NCBI GenBank assembly: GCA_963666495.2 | Contig: OY762866.2 | Coordinates: forward strand, 3,692,997-3,756,996 | DNA: 64,000 nucleotides | Reading direction: 5' to 3' | From: Bacteroidaceae bacterium | GTDB lineage: Bacteria > Bacteroidota > Bacteroidia > Bacteroidales > Bacteroidaceae | In this document: positions 37,214 through 47,692 of the stretch, piece by piece | Numbering within the stretch: position 1 is the stretch's first letter | How the letters are laid out: the number at the start of each line of letters is the position of its first letter | The notes under the pieces: model-generated | What the model was told of the DNA's origin: nothing | What the model saw: only the letters and a program-made list of their open reading frames with translations | The model's database searches: none | Position numbers and translations under genes: made by a program

Positions 37214-39661
37214 CTACAAATTTATTCTTTTTGTATCAAAAGATTCTCCTTTTTTCTTATATTCTTTTGAAATATACCCTTTTTTGAATCGATAAGTTAA
37301 AGAGATTCCAATTACACATCGGTCATTTCTTTCATTGGTACTAGCCCATGTTCCATTAAAAATGCCACTTCCTTTTTCTCTGTATAAATTAAAAATATCA
37401 TTTGAATATATTCCTAAAGTAGCGTTTCCCTTCAGGAACTTCTTCTGAATTCCGGCAGATAGCCTCCACATAGGAGAAACTGATATTTGTCCATAAGCCA
37501 TTTTACCATTATAAAATCCGGTAATTTCCGCCGCCCAATCTTTAGGTAAGCTTATTCTATTATTCAGACTAAACATGATGGTTGTTTTTCTGTTCTTATT
37601 GCTATAAGCATCTAAATCCCAGTTATAATTATTACGCACTAAACCTGCATTAATGCTTGAGTGCAGAAAATTCACAAATGAAAGATCTCCTACACCCACC
37701 CTTAAACCGTACGAGTTATACGATGACATATTAGTTGGCATAACATATACTCTATTTTCGCTGTCTTTAATGATGTATGATTTCACTATGGCCTTTTGAG
37801 TTGTACCATAAAACAAACCAATACGATAATTATTCCTAATGATATACGATACATCAAAATTATCAGAAAACTGTGGCTGTAATCCTGTATTTCCCTGCTC
37901 GTATGTATAAGCATCGAATATATAAATAAACGGATTCAAATCTTTGTAATTAGGTCTGCCTATCCTTCTTCCATAAGTAAAGTTAAAAGTATTTATATTG
38001 TTAAGAGAATAGCTCAACATAACTGTAGGAAATATATTTGTGTACGACTTGGTAAACAAAGAATCATTATGTTGCTGGTTTCCTGGTTGATGACCTTTCA
38101 CATTTGTATTTTCCAATCTAATGCCACCTTCAAAATGAAACTTATTTAAGGAATACTTTGTGCTGACATAAGCAGCATTTATATTTTCTCGATAAAGGAA
38201 CTGATAACTTAATCCATAATCCGGAAGCCAGTTCACTCCTACCTTGTTTTGATATGCAGATGCATTATCAATGTTCACAAATTCAGATTTCACTCCTGCC
38301 TCGAAGGAGAGTTTCTCAGATACCGGATAAGTAAAATCAGCTCTACCAGAATACATATTAATTATTCCGTTCTTCAATCCTTTTGAATACTCGTCTGTTG
38401 TTACCCCATTCAATCCCATAAAATTATCATTATGTATCTGATCCTCATCAAGAGAATAGTGCAGATAATCAAAAGATACACTAAGCTCTTTACCTTTATT
38501 ATTAAATTTATGAAGCATGTTCAAGCTTGAACTGAAATTATTCCTATGCTCATTATTATTGGTAAATGAATTAAGAGTTGAATCATTCTTCGCAACAGAG
38601 GTATAAAAAGCTGAATTAATTGTCCCCTTCTCCGAACGTTTGGCAGAGTATCCGTTGGCCGAAAGCTCAAAAGTAGTCATGTCCGACAGAAAATACTGAA
38701 TCCCTGCATTAAAATATTGATTATCATCTGCTCTTTTGCGAAACGAATTCTGATCGAATGTAGTATATGATGGAGAAAAAGAGCTATTCATTTTTCTAAG
38801 AACTTTTAAATCAATAAAGTCATGCCCTGTATAATAGCCATACATTCCAAAAACATTTATTTTTCCATTACGATGATTAAATGAAACACTATTATTAAAC
38901 CGCCCGTAACCACCTTGTTCGAAGCTTGAATTAAGAGTCATATTAAAGCCCATCATCTTTGATTTTTTAGTCCTGATATTAATAATGCCCGAATTTCCGC
39001 TTGCATCATATTTTGCTGATGGATTTGTGATTAATTCTACTTTATCAAGAGCTGAAGCCGGAGTAGATTTCAGATAATTAACCAACTCAGTTCCTCCCAG
39101 ATAATAGGTCTTTCCATCAATTAAAACCTTTGTTCCAGATTTACCATTCATCGAGATAGAGCCATCATTGCCAATAATTACGCCCGGAAGACTTTGCATA
39201 ACAGAAAACGCACTATTTCCCGAACTTAACGCATAAGATTCAATATTAACAACTGTTTTATCGGCCATAATCTCTATTGATGGCCTTTTACCTGTTACTA
39301 CAATTGCATTCAGCTTCTGAGCTTCCACTTCCATATATACGGGCGAAAGTACAACCGATTTTCCGTCTTCTACAACAGTATCTCTGAATTCCTTTTTATA
39401 TCCAAGCATGGAAACTTGAACAAAATAACGTCCCGGAGTTATTTGTCTGAAAACAAAGTTTCCATTATTATCACTGGCAGTTCCCTTTACAAAAGAGGAA
39501 TCTTTCTGAGCTAACAAAATAACCTGAGCACCTTCCAGCGGTGATTTGTTTTCTACTAGGACTTTACCACTTAACACAGCGCTTGTCTCTGAAGAAAAAA
39601 GATTAAAACATAGAAAAGAATTCAATAAAAGAAAAAGGCAACTTAGCTTACACATAATCAT
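37214..39661 (-). CDS. TonB-dependent/outer-membrane beta-barrel protein with carboxypeptidase-regulatory-like N-domain
   Basis: GKV..GAQV..KGTASDNNGNF N-domain, plug LITNPSAKYDASG..GIINI, barrel region RRIGRPNY.DLNPF..GN..LQPQ. Confidence 0.88.
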   Translation of the reverse strand: MIMCKLSCLFLLLNSFLCFNLFSSETSAVLSGKVLVENKSPLEGAQVILLAQKDSSFVKGTASDNNGNFVFRQITPGRYFVQVSMLGYKKEFRDTVVEDGKSVVLSPVYMEVEAQKLNAIVVTGKRPSIEIMADKTVVNIESYALSSGNSAFSVMQSLPGVIIGNDGSISMNGKSGTKVLIDGKTYYLGGTELVNYLKSTPASALDKVELITNPSAKYDASGNSGIINIRTKKSKMMGFNMTLNSSFEQGGYGRFNNSVSFNHRNGKINVFGMYGYYTGHDFIDLKVLRKMNSSFSPSYTTFDQNSFRKRADDNQYFNAGIQYFLSDMTTFELSANGYSAKRSEKGTINSAFYTSVAKNDSTLNSFTNNNEHRNNFSSSLNMLHKFNNKGKELSVSFDYLHYSLDEDQIHNDNFMGLNGVTTDEYSKGLKNGIINMYSGRADFTYPVSEKLSFEAGVKSEFVNIDNASAYQNKVGVNWLPDYGLSYQFLYRENINAAYVSTKYSLNKFHFEGGIRLENTNVKGHQPGNQQHNDSLFTKSYTNIFPTVMLSYSLNNINTFNFTYGRRIGRPNYKDLNPFIYIFDAYTYEQGNTGLQPQFSDNFDVSYIIRNNYRIGLFYGTTQKAIVKSYIIKDSENRVYVMPTNMSSYNSYGLRVGVGDLSFVNFLHSSINAGLVRNNYNWDLDAYSNKNRKTTIMFSLNNRISLPKDWAAEITGFYNGKMAYGQISVSPMWRLSAGIQKKFLKGNATLGIYSNDIFNLYREKGSGIFNGTWASTNERNDRCVIGISLTYRFKKGYISKEYKKKGESFDTKRINL

Positions 39662-39680
39662 TTCTTTTTTTAGTTCTATG

Positions 39681-39688
39681 CAAAGCTA
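39681..39688 (-). promoter_or_regulatory. -7 box (TAGCTTTG) of the barrel-kinase-LytTR operon
   Basis: CAAAGCTA on the + strand; -33 TTTG at 39709-39712 with a 20-bp spacer. Confidence 0.7.
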
Positions 39689-39717
39689 ATCTCAAAAAAT
39701 GGGGGAATCAAATTCTT

Positions 39718-39755
39718 TTGACCACCTGCATATTATCGTTGACCAAATGCATATT
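39718..39755 (-). promoter_or_regulatory. Direct repeat TTGACCA..TGCATATT at 21-bp period, putative LytTR site
   Basis: TTGACCACCTGCATATT (39718) and TTGACCAAATGCATATT (39739), immediately upstream of the -33 box. Confidence 0.65.
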
Positions 39756-39880
39756 GCACTTTTATCAGCCATTCACAAAATAACTTTCGGAAGTATTTCG
39801 GGACTTTTAGATGCAATTCCTGCTTATTTTTATGTGTCTGCGAGGTTTTTAGAATCATTCACCAGACATTTTATTTTCCT

Positions 39881-39952
39881 TGTACAGAAGAATTAATTCT
39901 ATTGTACAAAAGATTTAATTCTTCTGTACAAAACAATGCATTCTTTTGTACA
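39881..39952. repeat. Four TGTACA-centred palindromic units at 22-bp period
   Basis: TGTACA at 39881, 39903, 39925 and 39947; consensus TTCTTTTGTACAAAAGAATTAA. Confidence 0.85.
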
Positions 39953-40107
39953 AGAATTAATTAATGTATAACCAAAGGCTTATAAATACAAAATGAAAGA
40001 ATTTGTTTTGTACGCCTAACTACAAAAAACTGTAATTTCATCTTTCCATAAGAACGAAAATACATTCATAACGTACAATATTATGGCTATAAAACAAAAT
40101 AGATTCT

Positions 40108-40115
40108 TAACTTTG
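40108..40115 (+). promoter_or_regulatory. -7 box (TAACTTTG) for the GH27 gene
   Basis: TAnnTTTG 54 bp before the start codon. Confidence 0.55.
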
Positions 40116-40169
40116 CATTAATTTTTAATTTATTTAAAAATACAATAAGTTTACCGATATCAATATAAT

Positions 40170-41780
40170 ATGAAAAAGCATTTTATAACATGGGGGCTTC
40201 TAATGGCCTTGTTCGCTACTAGTTCTTTTGCACAGAAATCAAAAGAGTTGTCTTCTAAAACATTTCTTCCACCATTAATGGGCTGGAGTTCGTGGAATAC
40301 CTATCGCGTCAATATCAACGAAGATTTAATTAAAAAGCAGGCTGATGCTTTGGTACAACAAGGTTTAAAAGATGTTGGCTATCTGTATATTAATGTAGAC
40401 GACGGCTTTTTTGGCTGGCGAGACAAAACGGGTAAAATGCATGCCCATTCGCAACGTTTTCCTAACGGGATGAAACCTGTTTCCGACTATATTCATTCAC
40501 TGGGATTAAAAGCCGGAATTTATTCGGATGCCGGACATAATACTTGTGGATCTATTTATGATAAAGATGTGAATGGTGTAGGTTCCGGACTATATGGCCA
40601 TGAACAAAAAGACATGGATTTATACTTAAAAGAGTGGAACTTCGACTTTATAAAAATCGATTATTGCGGTGCGTTAGAATTAGGATTGGACGAAGAAAAA
40701 CGGTATTCAACAATATGTGAGGCCATTAAAAATACAGGCCGAACAGATGTTTCCATTAATATTTGCCGTTGGGCATATCCAGGAACCTGGACAAAACGTT
40801 TGGCTCGTTCCTGGCGCATAAGTCATGATATTAATCCAAGCTGGGGTTCTGTGAAATATATTATTCAAAAGAATCTATACTTATCAGCATACGCTGGCAG
40901 TGGTCATTATAACGATATGGACATGCTGGAAATTGGTCGCGGAATGAAGCCTGAGGAAGAAGAAGTGCACTTTGGTATGTGGTGTATCATGAGTTCTCCT
41001 TTACTGATAGGTTGCGATATGAACACGATTCCTGCAGTTTCATTGAGTTTACTTAAGAATAAAGAGCTGATTGCGCTCAATCAAGACACCCTAGGTTTGC
41101 AGGCTTACGTTGTACAACACACTGATGATAGTTATGTGCTGGTAAAAGATATAGAGCAAAAACGTGGAACAGTGCGTGCCGTTGCCTTGTATAATCCTTC
41201 AGACAGTGCGCGTAACTTTGTTGTTCCATTCGAGACTCTAGAATTAGGAGGTAAAGTAAAGGTTCGGGATTTAATTAAATACAAGAATCTAGGTAAAATG
41301 CAAAACGAAATACGGCAAACAGTTCAGCCTCATAGTGTAAAGATATGGAGACTGGAAGCTGAGAAACGCCTGGAACCAACCTCTTATGAAGCTGAATGGG
41401 CATACCTGCCATGTTATGATGATTTGGCTAAAAGCCCAAAACAAATATTCTATGCCATATCTCCTGTATGTTCCGGTAAAATGAAAATCTCCCGCCTTGG
41501 CAGACGTGAAGAAAACTATGCCGAATGGGGAAATGTTTATAGCGAAAAGGGTGGAGAATATGATATGACTATCTTCTATAGTTGCGCAGATAACAGAAAA
41601 CTGGAACTTTCAGTAAATGGAAAGATAACTGAAATAGGAAATTTGAATGCTGGCAGTGCTGATAAAACAAACTCCGTAACTGTTCCGGTCAATCTGGTAA
41701 CCGGCAATAATATTATTCGTATGGGAAATAATTTTGGCTGGGCGCCGGACATTGACCGCTTTACTTTGCAAAAGAAGTAA
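40170..41780 (+). CDS. GH27 alpha-galactosidase-like hydrolase with C-terminal CBM35/CBM6-like module
   Basis: PLMGWSSWN, NVDDGF, DFIKIDYC, SWRISHDI, YNDMDMLEIG; C-terminal YEAE..WAPDIDRF. Confidence 0.88.
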   Translation: MKKHFITWGLLMALFATSSFAQKSKELSSKTFLPPLMGWSSWNTYRVNINEDLIKKQADALVQQGLKDVGYLYINVDDGFFGWRDKTGKMHAHSQRFPNGMKPVSDYIHSLGLKAGIYSDAGHNTCGSIYDKDVNGVGSGLYGHEQKDMDLYLKEWNFDFIKIDYCGALELGLDEEKRYSTICEAIKNTGRTDVSINICRWAYPGTWTKRLARSWRISHDINPSWGSVKYIIQKNLYLSAYAGSGHYNDMDMLEIGRGMKPEEEEVHFGMWCIMSSPLLIGCDMNTIPAVSLSLLKNKELIALNQDTLGLQAYVVQHTDDSYVLVKDIEQKRGTVRAVALYNPSDSARNFVVPFETLELGGKVKVRDLIKYKNLGKMQNEIRQTVQPHSVKIWRLEAEKRLEPTSYEAEWAYLPCYDDLAKSPKQIFYAISPVCSGKMKISRLGRREENYAEWGNVYSEKGGEYDMTIFYSCADNRKLELSVNGKITEIGNLNAGSADKTNSVTVPVNLVTGNNIIRMGNNFGWAPDIDRFTLQKK

Positions 41781-41884
41781 GGACTAAATGATAAACAAAA
41801 TACAATTTTAGCAATTACTTGCTGTATTTTATTGAAACAATAAAGCACAGATTCATTGTTTCTGGAATCTCTGTAAGATACAAA

Positions 41885-41925
41885 TAAAAATGGGGTGCAC
41901 TTTAAAAGTGATCACCCCATTTTTT
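41885..41925. terminator. Bidirectional terminator between GH27 and fkp
   Basis: AAAAATGGGGTG...CACCCCATTTTT between convergent genes. Confidence 0.75.
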
Positions 41926-42033
41926 ATGTCTTTATTTCCAATCCTCTTCTGAATGAATTTTCAAATATTCAGTTTTCAGAAATTCTATTTACCTTTTGAA
42001 TAAGCCTCTTTTCTTTTATAAAAGTAGTTCAAA

Positions 42034-44886
42034 TTAAGAGCGGCTAACTTGCAATCCTTTATTTGAAAGAGTCATTTCCACAAATCTGGCATTCGGATTC
42101 GGCTGATGTTCATTGAGAATATCTCGGATCTTCAATGCTGCTTTCGGATCTTTGGCAATAATATAAAGATAGCCACCACCTCCTGCTCCGGGAAGTTTAT
42201 ATCCTAAAGTATAATCCTTTATTAAATTGATAATAGCTTCTACAGCCGGAGGATTAGTTCCAGAATCCAATGCTTTATTCTGATTCCATGTCTTGCCAAC
42301 TAACGCAGCCATTTCTTCGAAATTACCTCTCTGAATAGCTTCATAAGTATCGAGTGCATGCGCTTTCATTTCACTAAGCAATGTAAGATGCTCGGTAGAA
42401 TTAAGGAACATACCGCAAACAATCTCAGAAAGAATACCCTTTGCCGTACGGGTAATGCCTGTATAATAAAGCAAGTGACAGGGTTTATATTCCGGATTAT
42501 TAAATATATAATCGGGCAACCAACGAACTAAAGGAGATTGATCGAATCCTTTATTAGTCTGCAGCAGTTTCACACCATGAAGCACACCACCGTATTGATC
42601 CTGCCAGCCACCACCGGTAGTTAGTAGTTGTTCCAAAACCAGTGTACGCTTACAAATTTCATTCTTATCCCAGGCCAGTCCGCAGAAATCAGAAACAGCA
42701 CCAAGCACTGTAGAAGCAAGAATGGAACTTGTTCCTAAACCAGATCCGGCAGGAATGGCAGCAAGCAAAGTAACTTCAATACCCGATCCGAATTCCTTTA
42801 ACTGATCTTCTAATGTTTTATAAGTTTTAGAAGCAAACATACGGCTAAAACCTGCTAAAGTGAGGGCTGCCTTTGGAATAGAGAAAGGTGAACCAACCTT
42901 AGCAAAGTCATTCAATTCTTCATAGGTAGTTACAACTTCCATTGCTCCCAAATCAATTGAACGAAGTATCACTTTATATTCCTTACTTGGCTTTACATAA
43001 ACCTGTAAAGGAGGTTGTCCATTGAGTTCTATGGCAATATTTACTACATTTCCCCCCGAATAAAGGCAATAAGGAGGTGTATCAGTCCAACCTCCTGCCA
43101 GATCAATACGAACCGGACTGCGGCTCCATACAATCTGATCGGGATATACATTCATTATTGGCTGCTGTTTTTTCTCAGACAACGAGCCTATAAGTCCTTC
43201 ACGAAGCAGAGCAAATGCTCTCTGTTCTTCAGCTTTATATTCTTTATTCTGTAGTTGTAACGCACGAGCACGAAACATTTGGTTATGGATTCGTGTCATC
43301 AAAGGAGCATCTTCTCCTAGAAGTTCGGGGAAAGCAATCTGTTGTTTTGCAAATTCGGATGCTGCATCTGCCAGATTTAGCTGGTAAAATACACTTTTAT
43401 CGTAATTAGCAGCTAATGCCGACCAGTTTTTCTTTCTAAAAGCCTCGCGTTGCGCATAAAGTCTCTTTAAATTAGCCTTTGCAGAAAGTTCATCAGCAGA
43501 AAGTCTAATAGCTTGTTCCCATATTTGCTTTCCTTCTGCAAACTCAGGTTCAAATATCATCCAACGGAATACCTTTCCAAGTTCTTCAGTGTTATGGCAA
43601 ACAGGGAATAACTTAGCAGCCTGAAGATCATCAATCCGTCCAAAAGTTGCTTCGTCAAGTTGCACTCCTCTGGCAGATAACCATTCAATAAATGGAATTC
43701 CCATAAATAAGGTTTCCTTATTAGCGAGCGCACCTTTGAATGCATCATTAAGTCCATAAGTACGGGCAGCATAATCATATTCGCCCATCGGAATAACGTC
43801 AACACAAACACCGACAGGAAGTTTCATTTCCCAATCATTTTCCGGAACTCCGGTAATAATATGCTGATGAGTCAAAGTCCATTGTTTACCAATATGGCTA
43901 TTTTCTACCCACAATTCAGAATTATCTGCAGTGAGTTGAATTCCTATCCCGGCATTTTGAACAAACATGGCAGGATGAGGTTTTACCTTTCGTTGCATAA
44001 TCTCTCGCTGATCGCGAACCAAGTTCTGGACAGCCAATGTAGAAGATATAAGTTCCTTACTGGTTCCGTAGTGGTAAAACTCTCCACCAGGAAGAGGAAG
44101 AATAGCCACTGAAAGAGAATTTAAATCTTCATCTTTTATACGGGGATTATCGCCCAAAGCCAAGCCAAAATCGGTGTAGAGGTCGTAATATTTTAGTTCG
44201 TTACCATCTGTTGTATGAGAACGTTTCATAAGAAGTTCAACAGCACGGTCACTTAATATCCAAATACCAATATCCATGAGGAACATGTGCGTTTTAGCCA
44301 ACGAGCCAAGTTCTTCAAGTGATGGTTTCTGAAGCATAAAATCAAGCTGATCTGGTTTCTTTCTGTCAGAAACAAACACACCATGGTGAGTTGCTAAAGA
44401 TGGGTCAACCCATAAACCATAACAAACAACATCCGCTTCGGGAATTGGTTGCAATGTTTTTTCAGACCGGATATAAACATCTCCACTCGCAATTAGTGTA
44501 TGCAAAGAATCTGGCGCCTTCTTCATTATTTGTTCATAAAGAGGCAATTGAAGTGAAAGCAGATTTTGTTTTAGCTTTTGTCCCCTCTCCCATCTGAAAA
44601 CAGGAATTGGAGTTAATATTTTACCAGAAGGAGCATAACCAGGTAACCGGCGACTTTGCCCTCCTGCATGAAGTAATATACGTTTTTCCTGAGATATCCA
44701 TTGAGTGAAATTAGCTTCGGGAGCATTCTTCTTTTGACATTCTGCCAATAACCAGGTAGTTCCTCCGCCAGAACCTAATTTAGCTCCAATTGGATCTGAT
44801 GTACAGAACCAATCTTTATAATCCGCTCCTTCTATTTCGTGAAAACAATCTACTAAATTAGGAGGGAGTGAAAGAAGTTTTTGCAT
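42034..44886 (-). CDS. fkp: Bifunctional L-fucokinase / GDP-L-fucose pyrophosphorylase
   Basis: LGSGGGT, LHAGGQSRRLP; GHMP kinase PVRIDLAGGWTD, PAGSGLGTSS, GGGWQDQ, KLPGAGGGG; 950 aa. Confidence 0.95.
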   Translation of the reverse strand: MQKLLSLPPNLVDCFHEIEGADYKDWFCTSDPIGAKLGSGGGTTWLLAECQKKNAPEANFTQWISQEKRILLHAGGQSRRLPGYAPSGKILTPIPVFRWERGQKLKQNLLSLQLPLYEQIMKKAPDSLHTLIASGDVYIRSEKTLQPIPEADVVCYGLWVDPSLATHHGVFVSDRKKPDQLDFMLQKPSLEELGSLAKTHMFLMDIGIWILSDRAVELLMKRSHTTDGNELKYYDLYTDFGLALGDNPRIKDEDLNSLSVAILPLPGGEFYHYGTSKELISSTLAVQNLVRDQREIMQRKVKPHPAMFVQNAGIGIQLTADNSELWVENSHIGKQWTLTHQHIITGVPENDWEMKLPVGVCVDVIPMGEYDYAARTYGLNDAFKGALANKETLFMGIPFIEWLSARGVQLDEATFGRIDDLQAAKLFPVCHNTEELGKVFRWMIFEPEFAEGKQIWEQAIRLSADELSAKANLKRLYAQREAFRKKNWSALAANYDKSVFYQLNLADAASEFAKQQIAFPELLGEDAPLMTRIHNQMFRARALQLQNKEYKAEEQRAFALLREGLIGSLSEKKQQPIMNVYPDQIVWSRSPVRIDLAGGWTDTPPYCLYSGGNVVNIAIELNGQPPLQVYVKPSKEYKVILRSIDLGAMEVVTTYEELNDFAKVGSPFSIPKAALTLAGFSRMFASKTYKTLEDQLKEFGSGIEVTLLAAIPAGSGLGTSSILASTVLGAVSDFCGLAWDKNEICKRTLVLEQLLTTGGGWQDQYGGVLHGVKLLQTNKGFDQSPLVRWLPDYIFNNPEYKPCHLLYYTGITRTAKGILSEIVCGMFLNSTEHLTLLSEMKAHALDTYEAIQRGNFEEMAALVGKTWNQNKALDSGTNPPAVEAIINLIKDYTLGYKLPGAGGGGYLYIIAKDPKAALKIRDILNEHQPNPNARFVEMTLSNKGLQVSRS

Positions 44887-44926
44887 TTTATACTAAATTT
44901 AATCTTTATCTAAAAGTCAACAGACT

Positions 44927-46096
44927 TTATTCCCAATACCAGCTAACTTGATTCCAACCTGCTGCATTATACCAGGAAAGTGTTTTGAAAAAACTATTAT
45001 ATGTGGTTTGGCTTGCATTAGGTATGTATGCTCCTAAACCACTAAAATGATTAGAATCTATCTTCAAATTAATAAAATAATCTGTTGCCTTTTTATAGAC
45101 CACAGTTGCATTCAATTGTGTTTGGAAAGCACTCCATTCATCAGTGGTTGCAATACTTTGAATTATATGTCCAAAGTCGTATGCAAAATGATTATTAGCG
45201 TTTTCACGATCATATAACTGAATACCACTAGATACGAATGTACTTACTTTAGAAGCATGAGCTCCAATGATTTTCTTTGTTGCTGCAGCCAGATTATCCA
45301 TTTCACTGCATTTAGTCATTGCAATTGTTGCTGATTTATATTCTCCGCTCATTGCATTGTAATAATCATAAAAGCTAGATGCTATTTTTTGATAATTTTT
45401 ATTAGTACTAAACATTGGTTCTATAATCTGATCATAAGGAAAACCATCGGTAATAACTTCAGCAGGAGAAGCTATCAGATAATCTGTATGATCCTTCAAT
45501 TCATAAGCTACTTCTACACCGCTCATCAAACAGGCATCAAACATGATAAAATCAAGATGGGGAGCTCCAGAAAGAGCAGTTGCTAAATCAGGAATATCCA
45601 TATAATGAGTTACATCTCCCTGAGTTGATGTTGACTGATCCTGTCCAAACCAACGAGTAGAAATTGTCTTAGTAGTGGGCGAAGGAACCCAACTATACCC
45701 ATGCGACCAAAGAACCAGTCCATAACTATCGGCAGGATAAGATGTATAAACATCAGATAAAATGCCTTTCATTACAGAAACATCTACTGAATTCTGCTCA
45801 GAATAATATTTAACCGTTTCTTTGGTTACAGTACCATTACTATTCTTTTTGAGTTTATATAAAACAGGGGATTTACTAGTATCATCAAGATAAATCAACA
45901 GATTTCCTGTTACTTTTGCTGTTTTATATCCGGACATCATACTGTCAATATTAGCTTCAACATTTGATGTAAGGCTATTATCTGCAATCATATAGACCAA
46001 CACAGTACGATTATTTGCCGCACTAGGAGTTGGAGTATCGTGATGACAGGCACTAAATACAATTATGCCTAATAATAGTAGAAACAGCTTTTTCAT
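44927..46096 (-). CDS. Clostripain-family (C11) cysteine protease lipoprotein
   Basis: Lipobox FSAC; catalytic His in LWSHGYSW and Cys in FDACLM; putative activation Arg in STRWFGQD. Confidence 0.9.
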   Translation of the reverse strand: MKKLFLLLLGIIVFSACHHDTPTPSAANNRTVLVYMIADNSLTSNVEANIDSMMSGYKTAKVTGNLLIYLDDTSKSPVLYKLKKNSNGTVTKETVKYYSEQNSVDVSVMKGILSDVYTSYPADSYGLVLWSHGYSWVPSPTTKTISTRWFGQDQSTSTQGDVTHYMDIPDLATALSGAPHLDFIMFDACLMSGVEVAYELKDHTDYLIASPAEVITDGFPYDQIIEPMFSTNKNYQKIASSFYDYYNAMSGEYKSATIAMTKCSEMDNLAAATKKIIGAHASKVSTFVSSGIQLYDRENANNHFAYDFGHIIQSIATTDEWSAFQTQLNATVVYKKATDYFINLKIDSNHFSGLGAYIPNASQTTYNSFFKTLSWYNAAGWNQVSWYWE

Positions 46097-46121
46097 GATA
46101 ATACATATAATGAAGAATTAA

Positions 46122-46517
46122 TTATTCCTCTGGTTTTTTAAATTGAAAGTCTTTCTTTTCTATTTTCTTGAAAGAAACTGTTTTATTTTTCTTGTATTTA
46201 CCAGAAATCTTTTCAAATTCACTGGCTATTTTTTTCTGACTATCCGAAAAATAGATCATACAAGTGCGATTCGCTTCTCCTTTATTTTCAAGATAACTTT
46301 TAAGTTGATAGCTATATGATTCTCTTTTAGGAAGAAAACCTTCTGAAGTAAGACTAGCACTATCCAACACCTGAATTTCAGTATAGTAAACTATTGAATC
46401 TGTGAATGAAGCAGAAATACCAAATGCATAAACTGGCTGAGTTTTCTTTAATAAAGAGAACGATGAGAGCACACATAGCATCACAATCGCAGGTAATACG
46501 TTTTTTATAAATTTCAT
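46122..46517 (-). CDS. Conserved exported hypothetical protein
   Basis: Signal peptide; VYAFGISASFTDSIVYYTEIQ; -7 box TATCTTTG at 46546-46553. Confidence 0.7.
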   Translation of the reverse strand: MKFIKNVLPAIVMLCVLSSFSLLKKTQPVYAFGISASFTDSIVYYTEIQVLDSASLTSEGFLPKRESYSYQLKSYLENKGEANRTCMIYFSDSQKKIASEFEKISGKYKKNKTVSFKKIEKKDFQFKKPEE

Positions 46518-46658
46518 GAATATGTTTTTTTATAATAGTTCGACACAAAGATAACGAAAAGCACAAAACACCAAAGTAAAAATATGATAAAAATAAAGCC
46601 GGACAACCTTTTGGTTAACCGGCTCTATATACTTTTTCTCAGAAATTGATTTTTCTAC

Positions 46659-47519
46659 TTATCCTAAATAGGATTTGAGCAATTTACTACGCGAATTCTG
46701 TCTTAATCGTCTAATAGCTTTTTCTTTAATCTGACGAACGCGCTCACGTGTGAGGCCAAATTTATCGCCGATTTCTTCTAACGTCATTTCCTGCGTTTCA
46801 ATACCGAAGAACATTTGGATAATCTCCTTTTCTCTATCGGTTAACGTAGAAAGTGCTCTATCAATTTCTTTCGCAAGTGATTCATTAACCAGAGAGCGAT
46901 CCGCCATAGGTGAATCGTCATTGACCAACACATCCAAAAGACTGTTATCTTCTCCTTCAACAAAAGGTGCATCTACAGAAATATGTCTTCCTGACACTTT
47001 CAATGTATCTGAGATTTTGTCTACCGGAATATCAAGTTCATCTGCCAGTTCTTCAGGTGAAGGCTTACGCTCATTTTCTTGCTCAAACTTAGAGAAGGCT
47101 TTACTAATTTTATTTAGAGAGCCAACCTGGTTAAGCGGAAGACGAACAATACGAGATTGTTCAGCTAAAGCCTGAAGAATAGATTGACGAATCCACCATA
47201 CAGCATAACTGATAAACTTAAATCCACGCGTTTCGTCAAACTTTTCAGCTGCTTTAATCAGTCCTAAATTGCCTTCATTTATTAAGTCAGGCAAACTCAA
47301 ACCTTGGTTTTGGTACTGTTTAGCTACGGATACAACGAAACGGAGATTTGCTCGTGTCAGTTTTTCTAATGCTACACGGTCTCCCTTACGAATGCGTTGG
47401 GCTAGTTCTACTTCTTCTTCTACAGTAATCAAGTCCTCACGACCGATTTCCTGAAGATACTTGTCAAGAGAAGCGCTCTCCCTGTTAGTGATACTTTTGG
47501 TAATCTTTAATTGTCTCAT
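46659..47519 (-). CDS. rpoD: Primary RNA polymerase sigma factor (compact Bacteroidetes type)
   Basis: [15 protein letters not shown] start (47519), [42 protein letters not shown]; 286 aa; -7 box TAACTTTG at 47544-47551. Confidence 0.95.
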   Translation of the reverse strand: MRQLKITKSITNRESASLDKYLQEIGREDLITVEEEVELAQRIRKGDRVALEKLTRANLRFVVSVAKQYQNQGLSLPDLINEGNLGLIKAAEKFDETRGFKFISYAVWWIRQSILQALAEQSRIVRLPLNQVGSLNKISKAFSKFEQENERKPSPEELADELDIPVDKISDTLKVSGRHISVDAPFVEGEDNSLLDVLVNDDSPMADRSLVNESLAKEIDRALSTLTDREKEIIQMFFGIETQEMTLEEIGDKFGLTRERVRQIKEKAIRRLRQNSRSKLLKSYLG

Positions 47520-47692
47520 GCTTATAAAACAAGTTTGGAGGGACAAAGTTACAACAAAATATTCATATTTAACGAAATATATAAAGCTATTTTATTTTTT
47601 TATAGTATAAAAACGAAGATTACACAGATTTGTTCAGAATTTAATAAAATCATTTCAAATCTGTGTAAATAGCCTATATATTTAAGTTTATA

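Noticed and set aside
46659-47519. Unusually short RpoD lacking region 1.1
   Set aside because: This is the established form of the Bacteroidetes primary sigma factor, not a truncation.
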